Source of the DNA: Bacteroidales bacterium
GTDB taxonomy: Bacteria; Bacteroidota; Bacteroidia; Bacteroidales; VadinHA17
Direction: 5' to 3'
NCBI GenBank assembly: GCA_038325595.1
Contig: JBBQJD010000005.1
Location: 6,291-70,290, forward strand
Length of the DNA stretch: 64,000 nt
Shown here piece by piece: positions 1-8,676 of the stretch (position 1 is the first letter of the stretch; each line of letters begins with the position of its first letter). The translations under genes and the position numbers were made by a program. Under the pieces are notes generated by a model. The model was not told where the DNA came from. It saw only the letters and a list, made by a program, of their open reading frames with translations, and did no database searches.

Positions 1-368
1 CTCTCAGTCACTATGCGTGGCTTAATCATTATTATATTATTGCAAGTACAGGTGAGGATGCCCGCATTATTGACATCAATGGCGAGGTTATAACGGCAGA
101 CGGGGAATTTGCACGCTGGGTTTGTGCACCATTAAACCTTGAGAAGATATTTCTCCATATCTGGCCTCAGACTCTGAAGTTCGACGAAATTCAAAGGAAA
201 TACGGAACAGGGATCCGCTTCAGGATCAATCATGCTGAGAACTTTGCAACCATGGAGAGTAGGCATGCCGATATTAAAGTAAGGGATGTAATGAAGGAAT
301 TTGGTCTCCCGACTTATGATGAACAGATTAAGGAAGCAACTGAGATCCAGAAGAAATACAGATTGTAA
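1..368 (+). CDS. C-terminal fragment of a protein truncated by the window edge; product unknown
   Basis: Frame 3 is open from position 3 to TAA at 366-368 (...LSHYAWLNHYYIIASTGEDARIIDINGEV...EIQKKYRL*). It is absent from the track because it has no start in the window. A resemblance to carbon-nitrogen hydrolase-like C-termini is a memory impression only. Confidence 0.5.
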   Translation, partial: LSHYAWLNHYYIIASTGEDARIIDINGEVITADGEFARWVCAPLNLEKIFLHIWPQTLKFDEIQRKYGTGIRFRINHAENFATMESRHADIKVRDVMKEFGLPTYDEQIKEATEIQKKYRL

Positions 369-383
369 GAATGCTAATATGTT

Positions 384-2219
384 CTACCTGTAAAAAACCG
401 AAATATCATAATCTTGCCCCGGACGTACGGTCAAAAACGCATATTCCTTACCCTTAAATGATCTCAGATGGTACAGCTCCGGTTGTCCGTCTATATTGAC
501 TTCACTTACTGGTCTGTTTTCATTTTCTGCCGGAATAAAGAACGTCAGTCCAGCTTTTCCTTCAACAGGTGAAATAAGCCTGAAAGAAAGCATCTCTTCT
601 GACCATTTAAAATCCTGAAATGAAACAGCTTCCTTAACTCTTAGAAAATCAAGCAATTCTGATGCTGTCCATACCGGCACATCCCTGTTTTTTGCATATT
701 CCAGCATCTGTATCAGTGGCTTCCTTGAAAATTTATATTCGTCATTATGCGACTTGACACTTATGAATGAATAAACTTCCTCATCAATGCTTCTATCCAT
801 CAATCCTTTGAAACAATCGAAAAATCCTGCAGTATCCTTATTTTCCATGTACTGCTGATCATACACGTTATTCAGATGCTGGTAGATATTCAATACCTTC
901 CCCCCGGATGATGCAAATTTCATTGGTAGTCCGCTGCCGGTGAAGTTCCCCTGGTTAGCACCAAGGGGACCTAAAAAGTGGCCCTCCCAAGAATTATTGT
1001 CATAATGTGCATAATTAATATCCATCCCTATACCATGTGAAGCTTCAATTTCAGCCTGTGCCGCAAATTCCTGATTACCTGATGAATCCTTTCCGCACCA
1101 GACAAACCAATGGTTTACAATGGTGTTCATGGTCAACCCGTACATCTCAGAAATCTCCTTTTGTTTCCGTTCGAGAACATCACTTACATTATTCCACTTC
1201 GGGTCACCAGCCTCTGATGTATTATCCGGATGTCCGGAAATCTCAAATCCCCTCCCCGTCCATTTATCAGTCCAATCACGTGATACCTTTTCAGTTTCCA
1301 TTATATAAATTGTCATCCGGCCATTTAATGAATCCACGTCCCTGAACTGAGGTTCAAAATCATTCTCATTATTTGTTTCACCGTCGTTAGTAAGTGTAAC
1401 CATGCAACGCAGGCTGTCAGGGAAATACCATAGCCGGGGAAGTGGCCTGGTTAAACCAAACAGATTTTCCATGCATCGTGACAAAAGCCTCATTTGTTCA
1501 TCGGCCTGATTCAGAGTGTTGGTGGTTGGCTGCAGCCAGCCTCCGGTGAAAAGATCCATCGCACGCAATCCGTTTATGCTGTCTGTTTCTAAACCCGCAA
1601 GTGCAGGATTTCCCTGGCGTGTCAAAACTATGCTCTGAGGAAGATTATAAAGGAACGCCACAGCATGTCCCTTACCATATGTACTATGCACAACTGCAGG
1701 AAATTCCTCTTCTGAAATGGAATTATCCTTAAAGGAAGCGATGGTCCCTGCACTGGCTTTAGAGTATCTTTCAGCAATTCCATGGAATTGCATTTGTCTG
1801 TTTATCAATCCATTGCATATAACATCTCTACTGTTGATGACAAGATTTCCTCCTGTCATAGTGCCATTATAACCACTGATGCCAAATAACTCTGCCAGAG
1901 CAGTATCAGGATGGAAAGCAATAAGATTACCTCCGCTTCTGACATAACCCGTTACTAATTTTCTATCTTCCTCCTTAAGAGATGCTTCGCCGAGAATGAC
2001 CAGATCAAATTTTTCCAGGAAGGAAGAGTTAACTTCCTTGCTGTTAATAGAATCAAATATGAACTCGTTCCAGCCTTCGGCTTTAAGTATTTCACAGACA
2101 TATGTCCCGAATCCTGCCTCAGTTCCGAGAACAAGAATCGGTGCAGATGTTTTGTTACCGGTACAACAGGTCACAGAAAACAAAATGACTGTCGTTGAAA
2201 TCAGTATAAAAACTTTCAT
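384..2219 (-). CDS. exported hypothetical protein (611 aa), function unknown
   Basis: Long ORF with an N-terminal hydrophobic signal (MKVFILISTTVILFSVTCCTGNK). It lies 29 nt downstream of, and co-directional with, the preceding gene. The N-terminal part resembles a GATase1/ThuA-like fold (FDLVILGE...GGNLIAFHPD), and the TLTNDGE segment only weakly resembles a deacetylase motif. Confidence 0.6.
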   Translation of the reverse strand: MKVFILISTTVILFSVTCCTGNKTSAPILVLGTEAGFGTYVCEILKAEGWNEFIFDSINSKEVNSSFLEKFDLVILGEASLKEEDRKLVTGYVRSGGNLIAFHPDTALAELFGISGYNGTMTGGNLVINSRDVICNGLINRQMQFHGIAERYSKASAGTIASFKDNSISEEEFPAVVHSTYGKGHAVAFLYNLPQSIVLTRQGNPALAGLETDSINGLRAMDLFTGGWLQPTTNTLNQADEQMRLLSRCMENLFGLTRPLPRLWYFPDSLRCMVTLTNDGETNNENDFEPQFRDVDSLNGRMTIYIMETEKVSRDWTDKWTGRGFEISGHPDNTSEAGDPKWNNVSDVLERKQKEISEMYGLTMNTIVNHWFVWCGKDSSGNQEFAAQAEIEASHGIGMDINYAHYDNNSWEGHFLGPLGANQGNFTGSGLPMKFASSGGKVLNIYQHLNNVYDQQYMENKDTAGFFDCFKGLMDRSIDEEVYSFISVKSHNDEYKFSRKPLIQMLEYAKNRDVPVWTASELLDFLRVKEAVSFQDFKWSEEMLSFRLISPVEGKAGLTFFIPAENENRPVSEVNIDGQPELYHLRSFKGKEYAFLTVRPGQDYDISVFYR

Positions 2220-2248
2220 TTAATAAGTGTATTTTTTACATTTATTAT

Positions 2249-3577
2249 TTAATATGCTTTTTTTGCTTCCAGGGATATCTTTTTATATATATTCTGAGCC
2301 TTCCGGTATCTTTCCCGAACAACTTCGACGTCATTGGTAAAATATTGTTCCCATTTTCCTCCGGGAGCAATGTTGACAAGGATGTTTTCAATCCATTTCA
2401 CAAAATAATCAGCGTCTTCAGGGTTTGCCCTTACCGGTTTATTCTTTACAGTCAGGTATACGGGAGAGGTATGAGTCTGGTGTCCTTTATCATCCATCCT
2501 GCGTGCAATGATCCAGCTGCTCTCAGTTATTTCCGCTGTAGTTTTCATTAGAACGGGTTTTCCGGCTTCTGCTGTTCCTTCCTGAGTGGCTATAATTTTT
2601 CCGTTGCATACCAATTCTATTCTCCCTGTAAGCTCCTTTACTGAAGTCCATTTTACCTCAACATCGATATTTCCTTTTTTTCCCTTAAAATTTATTTCAT
2701 CTCCCGGTGTAAACTCACCATTGACCTTAAGATCAAGGAATTCCACATGACCGTTTGTTGCAACAACTGTCCTTCCATTCTTTATTCCTTCAATCCATTT
2801 GCTGTAAGTCAGAGGCTGATCTTTAACCTGAACATAAGTCAGCAGTGATCCGAGAGGAAGACCGCTATTACAGGGGTAATCAGTCCCGGCAGTCCAGCTA
2901 AGCCTGAACCCGCAGTTCAGTAACCTGTAATAGGCATTAACAGAAGCATCGTTCAGCCATACATCCTCAGAAAGAAAATCAATTGTCTCCAGGGCTGCCT
3001 CAACTGGAAAATCTAGAGGGGCACAACAATCAAGTTCAATACCTGTCTTATCACTCAGGTACTGCATATGACAGAAGCCTGCTATGGAGTTCTGCTTTTT
3101 GCCCCATTCGAGTATTTTATAGGGTGATTCATTCCAGATCTGATGAGCATTATTGAGCCCAAGAAACAATAAATGACCGCCAATTGCCTTGTTTTCAAAA
3201 GTTACGCCGGCAGGATCATAATGCCATTCCGCTTCCCAATGAACTATACGGCCCGGTTCTGATTGAGCAGCATCTCTTCCTGTTACTTTAGGCAGATCTG
3301 TTTTACTGTCTTTGACTTCGCCATTCCCCATGTCGGCCATTACAGAGATAACTGCAAGATCATTCGGTTCCATCATGTTTGTGAATTCACTTTCTGGCAG
3401 GATTGATGTTGCCTCACCGCAATTCCTGTGAACATGAATATCGCCTGCAAACCAATCCGGAGGTTCGGGCCTACTACCCTGAGCTTCTGTCTCCTGATAT
3501 GCTGATAATCCTAACATTACCAACAAGATACCTTTTAATAAAAAATTCTCCATGACTTTTCCCATAATGAATTTCAT
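2249..3577 (-). CDS. exported PHP-type (CehA/McbA-like) metallohydrolase
   Basis: Signal peptide followed by GDIHVHRNCGE, the His-x-His start typical of PHP/CehA-McbA metallohydrolases. 442 aa. Confidence 0.55.
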   Translation of the reverse strand: MKFIMGKVMENFLLKGILLVMLGLSAYQETEAQGSRPEPPDWFAGDIHVHRNCGEATSILPESEFTNMMEPNDLAVISVMADMGNGEVKDSKTDLPKVTGRDAAQSEPGRIVHWEAEWHYDPAGVTFENKAIGGHLLFLGLNNAHQIWNESPYKILEWGKKQNSIAGFCHMQYLSDKTGIELDCCAPLDFPVEAALETIDFLSEDVWLNDASVNAYYRLLNCGFRLSWTAGTDYPCNSGLPLGSLLTYVQVKDQPLTYSKWIEGIKNGRTVVATNGHVEFLDLKVNGEFTPGDEINFKGKKGNIDVEVKWTSVKELTGRIELVCNGKIIATQEGTAEAGKPVLMKTTAEITESSWIIARRMDDKGHQTHTSPVYLTVKNKPVRANPEDADYFVKWIENILVNIAPGGKWEQYFTNDVEVVRERYRKAQNIYKKISLEAKKAY

Positions 3578-3617
3578 TTCAACTTTTCAACTCTCTTCAA
3601 CTTTTCAGCTTTTCAAC
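3578..3617. repeat. short tandem word repeat (TTTCAAC-like units) filling the gap between two genes
   Basis: tttcaacttttcaactctcttcaacttttcagcttttcaac spans the whole 35-nt intergenic gap and the stop codon of the upstream gene. Confidence 0.6.
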
Positions 3618-5223
3618 CCGAAATAACAACACTTCCCTTATTATGCTTAATAGTCAATGCAAAATCACCATTGCCAAGCTTCCTGAGAACATAACTGTCA
3701 ATTTTCAGATCTTTCCCGGATGCTGTCTCTTTACCATTAATAGTTACAACAGATGGTTTGAAGGAGAGTCTCAGGTATTCGGTAGCATTATCACCTGTGG
3801 AATTATATCTTACTTCCTTATCACCGTACCTGACATTATTTAAGATCCCTTCAGAATACAGAATATGATCCTCACCCGGTGGAGCCCATTCCGGAATGGC
3901 TGCAAATGCATGATAAAACATTCTCGGGCATTCTCCGTAACAATCTGACCACCAGCTATTAATACCTTTACTTACCGGACTTTCAAAAGCCATTCCTGTC
4001 GAATCATTGCAATATGTAACCCAGTTAAGCGACCTGTATGCTTTTTCCCTGTACGATTCATCGCCTGAAACAGCATACCATCTGGCACATGCCGCTGCAT
4101 ACCTGGCTGTCTGGTAATCCATTTTATAATTAAAACTGTCCTGTTCCCCGACAATATTGGCTCCCCACATCGTTGAAGGTTCTCCGGCAGATGTGCGAAA
4201 AATGAAATTATCCTCTGTCCATTTGATCAGCTTTGGAATATCGCTCTTCCAATCCGGATCCAGACCGGGATAATCAAAAAGGCATAGTACAGCATTGCTT
4301 GCACTCAGATTGCTTTTATAAGTATTACTCCTTACGTCTGTATCTGAATGACCATCAGTCCAGTAACCAGTCTTCATGGGAAAATGAAGTATAAAATTGG
4401 AAACTTTCTCCATGGCATTCCTGTAAGCATCGACTTTACCAATATCCGCCTTGATCAGATGATCAAAAAGCATATAACAGCCTGTAAAGTTGGCCCCGTA
4501 TGGTGCAGTGATTCTTCCGCTGTCCATAACTACACGATAAGGCCACACCGACTGTTCCGCATTTCCATCCTGTGCTTTTTCTGCAAGAAGATCAGCAACT
4601 TTCAGCGCGGCTGTAAGGTATTTTTCATTTTTCGTAAACAGGTACATTCTGAAATAGGTCAATCCCATTTCGCCGGCATGATCCACCTGTATTTCATGTA
4701 AGGCAAAACGTCCTGCACTTGTAAATCCCCTGAATAAAGTATCGCCGGCATTTGTTGTGGTATAGGGAAAATCATGCCAGGCAAATTCAGCCGGACTGGT
4801 TCCGTGTTCCAGTGTGTAATCAACAAAATCTGTTATTATGGTCATTACTGTGGTATCACCTGTGTAAGCGTAATACAGACGGGCCGATTCAAACCAGTTG
4901 GGAATCTTTTCACCTATATCGTTCATCCATGAATCAGGCAGTAATATATTGTTACTGTCTCTGAAGGCGCAATAAAAATAATATTGCGGATAATCTGATC
5001 TCGGATGAGGCCCAGGGGAGTTCGGAACCCTGGTTTTTATGAAATCCCAGCGCAGATGCAGAAAGTGATCATAGGCTTTCTCCTGTGGTGTAAACCAGGG
5101 GAGCAACTTATCCTGTTCATCCAGAACAATATTATGCGTACAGAAAATTTCATCCTGCACCATGGGAGAATGGTTGTTGCAGGAAAATAAAACTACAAGA
5201 AAGATCAGTATAATATATTTCAT
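3613..5223 (-). CDS. lipoprotein, hypothetical (possibly an alpha/alpha-toroid glycosidase-like fold)
   Basis: 536-aa ORF with a lipoprotein-type signal (MKYIILIFLVVLFSCNN). It is first in a co-directional trio. The fold guess is weak. Confidence 0.55.
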   Translation of the reverse strand: MKYIILIFLVVLFSCNNHSPMVQDEIFCTHNIVLDEQDKLLPWFTPQEKAYDHFLHLRWDFIKTRVPNSPGPHPRSDYPQYYFYCAFRDSNNILLPDSWMNDIGEKIPNWFESARLYYAYTGDTTVMTIITDFVDYTLEHGTSPAEFAWHDFPYTTTNAGDTLFRGFTSAGRFALHEIQVDHAGEMGLTYFRMYLFTKNEKYLTAALKVADLLAEKAQDGNAEQSVWPYRVVMDSGRITAPYGANFTGCYMLFDHLIKADIGKVDAYRNAMEKVSNFILHFPMKTGYWTDGHSDTDVRSNTYKSNLSASNAVLCLFDYPGLDPDWKSDIPKLIKWTEDNFIFRTSAGEPSTMWGANIVGEQDSFNYKMDYQTARYAAACARWYAVSGDESYREKAYRSLNWVTYCNDSTGMAFESPVSKGINSWWSDCYGECPRMFYHAFAAIPEWAPPGEDHILYSEGILNNVRYGDKEVRYNSTGDNATEYLRLSFKPSVVTINGKETASGKDLKIDSYVLRKLGNGDFALTIKHNKGSVVISG

Positions 5224-5466
5224 GCCATCGTGGATTTCATTTCTATCAAATAATTTTCAAATAACAGTAAATGTCGAATAGAATAAGTCAAAGGTGCAAT
5301 GTTTTTTCATAAAGATTATTAATGTCTTTACTTTTTTGCTCTTGCATGCTTTTCGTTTAAAGAATTCAGGTTAAAATATGTTAATATTTGTTCTGTCTAA
5401 ATAAAGATCATCAAATTATTATCAACTTTATATAAAAAGTTTTGTTATAACATTGAACATAAAATT

Positions 5467-6435
5467 ATGACTCTCAGGATCTATCATCCGGAAATTTTCC
5501 AGGGCAACATGAAAAAAAAACACTATTTTGAAGGTTGGTATTATAAACATGTCACACACGATCTGAAACAGGTATGGTCATTTATCCCCGGTATCTCCCT
5601 GAATGACAAGGATCCTCATGCATTTATCCAGATAATTAACGGAATTACGGGAACATCCGATTATATCAGCTATCCGACGGAACAATTCACGTGGGATAAA
5701 AAAAAGCTTTATCTGAAAATAGGAGAATCTGTATTTACCGATAGCTACATAGACATCAATATTGAAAAAGGTGATCATAAAGTAACAGGAAGATTAACTT
5801 ATCAGAATATCGTTAAGTACCCGAAGACCCTGTTATCACCGGGAATCATGGGATGGTATTCCTATGTTCCAACAATGGAATGCAAGCATGGTGTTGTCTC
5901 TGTGAATCACGACATTACAGGTTCATTGATAATAAACAATGTACATATAGATTTTAATGAAGGAAAAGGATACATTGAAAAAGACTGGGGGACCTCCTTT
6001 CCTGAAGCATGGTTATGGATTCAGGCAAATAATTTTAAAGAAAGAGATAGTTCCTTTAATTTTTCAATAGCAAAGATTCCATGGAGGGGCACATACTTCA
6101 TCGGATTTATCGCCTTCCTTTTTTATAATAAAAAGTTCTTTCTTTTCAGCACCTATAATAATTCTATTATACATGAAATGAATCATTCATCGGATTCGAT
6201 TACCGTTAAAATGAAGAACAGAAATGCCACACTTAAAGTCAGCACAAATAAAAGCACATTCGGAGAACTCAGAGCGCCTGTCTCAGGTCAGATGTCGAGG
6301 AGAATCAAAGAAAGCATCGACTCTGATGTCAGTATAAGTCTGTTTGACAGCAACAACACACTACTTTACACCGATTCAAGCAAAAGAGCCGGCCTTGAAG
6401 TAATTGATGAAATATTTAACTATGTACGGCAGTGA
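5467..6435 (+). CDS. tocopherol cyclase family protein
   Basis: YFEGWYYKH, EKDWGTSFPEAWLWIQANNF and ELRAPVSG match the FFEGWYFR, EKNWGGGFPRKWFWVQCN and LRAP blocks I recall from plant VTE1. Confidence 0.7.
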   Translation: MTLRIYHPEIFQGNMKKKHYFEGWYYKHVTHDLKQVWSFIPGISLNDKDPHAFIQIINGITGTSDYISYPTEQFTWDKKKLYLKIGESVFTDSYIDINIEKGDHKVTGRLTYQNIVKYPKTLLSPGIMGWYSYVPTMECKHGVVSVNHDITGSLIINNVHIDFNEGKGYIEKDWGTSFPEAWLWIQANNFKERDSSFNFSIAKIPWRGTYFIGFIAFLFYNKKFFLFSTYNNSIIHEMNHSSDSITVKMKNRNATLKVSTNKSTFGELRAPVSGQMSRRIKESIDSDVSISLFDSNNTLLYTDSSKRAGLEVIDEIFNYVRQ

Positions 6436-6447
6436 CAATTATGGAAT

Positions 6448-7332
6448 ATGGAAAAACATTTTAAAAATATCATGGCAATTTTGACGCCTCCTGCATTCCA
6501 TATGGTTGGTGATGGATTCAGGGTTCATAATTTTTTCCCGTCTCATCCTGAGATAGATGCATCACAAACTGATCCCTTCTTTCTCATGGATTACGGATCA
6601 AAATGGAATGTTCCGCCATCTGAAAAACCAAGGGGTGTGGGAGTTCATCCTCATCGCGGATTCGAAACAGTTACAATTGCCTATCACGGAAGAGTTGCCC
6701 ATCATGACAGTGGCGGAAACAGCGGTGTTATAAATGAAGGTGATGTTCAGTGGATGACTGCAGGCAGCGGAGTACTGCACAAGGAATATCATGAAAAGGA
6801 ATTCAGCAAAAAAGGCGGGACCTTTCAGATGGTTCAGATCTGGTTGAATCTGCCGTCGAAATACAAGATGACTCCTCCGAAATACCAGGCTATCGGGAAT
6901 AAAAATATGCCGAGATTCTTGCTGGATGATAATAAAGGTCAGATTGAAATCATAGCCGGCGAGTATAAAACACTGAAAGGACCTGCATCAACATTCTCGC
7001 CTGTGACAATGCTGAATGCGAGACTTTCAAAAGGAGCCCGGGCTGAATTCAGGTTCAATGAAACATGCAACACAGGAATGCTGGCAGTTGAAGGAGATAT
7101 TAAGATCAACAACCGTGAAATTGCGCATGAAGATCATTTTGTAATGTTTGGCAATGAGGGTGAAGATATTGTCATTGAGGCGCTTAAGGATTGTATTGTT
7201 CTCGTTATCAGCGGAAAGCCAATCAAGGAACCGATAGCTTCTTCAGGTCCTTTTGTTATGAATACTGAAGCTGAAATCAAACAGGCATATCAGGATTTCA
7301 GAAATGGGAAGTTCGGGTACCTGGAAGAATAG
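6448..7332 (+). CDS. pirin family protein
   Basis: HPHRGFETVTIAYHGRVAHHDSGGN is the pirin cupin metal-site motif. 294 aa is typical. Confidence 0.9.
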   Translation: MEKHFKNIMAILTPPAFHMVGDGFRVHNFFPSHPEIDASQTDPFFLMDYGSKWNVPPSEKPRGVGVHPHRGFETVTIAYHGRVAHHDSGGNSGVINEGDVQWMTAGSGVLHKEYHEKEFSKKGGTFQMVQIWLNLPSKYKMTPPKYQAIGNKNMPRFLLDDNKGQIEIIAGEYKTLKGPASTFSPVTMLNARLSKGARAEFRFNETCNTGMLAVEGDIKINNREIAHEDHFVMFGNEGEDIVIEALKDCIVLVISGKPIKEPIASSGPFVMNTEAEIKQAYQDFRNGKFGYLEE

Positions 7333-7479
7333 GCTGTGCCGAGCTCGCCAGCAGAAATGGACCCGGTTCTTCGCACCCTTTAGGGTTAAGGGGCTAACGA
7401 AGAACCGACGAAGCTAAGCTTTGGAGCTCGACGAAGTCATAATCAATGAGGTCGTTTGCGTGATCCCGATAGTCACATA
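7333..7479 (+). repeat. GC-rich structured intergenic element, copy A (inverted copy at 53419-53502)
   Basis: Blocks gcagaa..ggttc.t.gcaccctttag.gt.aagggcta.cgaagaa and aatcaatgaggt....tgat..ccgatagtca recur reverse-complemented at 53419-53502. There is a perfect 9-bp stem, ggttcttcg (7365-7373) with cgaagaacc (7398-7406). GC content is well above the surroundings. Confidence 0.55.
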
Positions 7480-7544
7480 AAAGTTAACTGATACAAATCA
7501 TTATTAAAGAGTTTGTGATTTTATACATTTGAAAAAAAATTCAA

Positions 7545-7985
7545 ATGGAATCAAAAACTGTATGTCCTTCCTGTACTGTAACAATGAGGCTTGTCAAGAG
7601 CGAGGATCTCAACCATCACGGAACCCTCTTTGCCGGCCGGACAGCCGAATGGTTCGTAGAATCAGGTTTTATTGCAGTAGCATCATTATTAAACCCTAAG
7701 TATGTTGTCTGCCTTAAGATCCACGGTATGTTCTTCACAAAACCTGCTGTTTCAGGTGATGTTCTGAAGTTTTCATCAAAAGCCGTGTATGCGGGAAATT
7801 CAAGTATTACAGCTTACATTCATGTTGAAAAGAATGGAGCTGACAAACCGCTTGTGAGTGGATTTGTTACTTTTATTCATGTGGATGAAAACACAAAACC
7901 TTCCCGGCATAATCTGGAGATCATCCCTGTGACTGAGGAAGACAAAATGCTGTATGAGGAAGCAAAGAACCTGCGTTCAAAATAG
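7545..7985 (+). CDS. acyl-CoA thioesterase (hotdog fold)
   Basis: NHHGTLFAGRTAEWFVE resembles the acyl-CoA hydrolase hotdog motif. 146 aa. Confidence 0.8.
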   Translation: MESKTVCPSCTVTMRLVKSEDLNHHGTLFAGRTAEWFVESGFIAVASLLNPKYVVCLKIHGMFFTKPAVSGDVLKFSSKAVYAGNSSITAYIHVEKNGADKPLVSGFVTFIHVDENTKPSRHNLEIIPVTEEDKMLYEEAKNLRSK

Positions 7986-7995
7986 TCTGTTTAAT

Positions 7996-8613
7996 CTATT
8001 CTCTGGTTTCCTTTTTATTCTTCCTGCCTTTAATAAAAAGATAGACAGCAAAAATAATACCCAGAGCGATAAGAATATGACCAAGGTATGGATAGATCTG
8101 ATCCTTTATTTCAAATAAATAATAACCAATTACAGCCAGGATTATATTCCAGATACCTGCTCCCAGAACCGTATAAACTGTAAAATCGCGAAGATTCATT
8201 CTTGAAAGTCCTGCCGGAATGGAGATCAGCTGCCGTACAGCAGGAACCAGCCTGCCAATGAAAGTTGAGGATTTCCCATTTTTAATAAAGTAGTTCTCTG
8301 CATGGACAACCTTTTCTTTTGAGAGAAGCAGCATTTTTCCGAATCCGGAATTGGCAAATTTATATACAAGAGGCCTTCCGAGATATAATGCAAGAAAATA
8401 ATTTACATACGCTCCAATAAGTGCTCCCACTGTGCCTGCCAGAACAACAAGAAAGATATTGAGCTCCCCCTGGGCTGCTTTCCATGCAGCAAACGGGATC
8501 ACTGCTTCTGAAGGGAATGGAATAAATGAACTCTCAATAACCATAAGGAAACCAATAGTGAAGTAATTAAGATTGGCCATATACCAGTCGAGAAGCGAGT
8601 GAAAAAATTCCAT
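7996..8613 (-). CDS. DedA family membrane protein
   Basis: VIESSFIPFPSEAVIPFAAW plus a GRLVPAVRQLISIPAG-type motif. 205 aa with multiple TM segments. Confidence 0.85.
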   Translation of the reverse strand: MEFFHSLLDWYMANLNYFTIGFLMVIESSFIPFPSEAVIPFAAWKAAQGELNIFLVVLAGTVGALIGAYVNYFLALYLGRPLVYKFANSGFGKMLLLSKEKVVHAENYFIKNGKSSTFIGRLVPAVRQLISIPAGLSRMNLRDFTVYTVLGAGIWNIILAVIGYYLFEIKDQIYPYLGHILIALGIIFAVYLFIKGRKNKKETRE

Positions 8614-8676
8614 AAAGTCTTAATTTCTAAAATTTCGGTAAAGGTAAACAAGATTTATCCTGAAAATAGGCACAGG

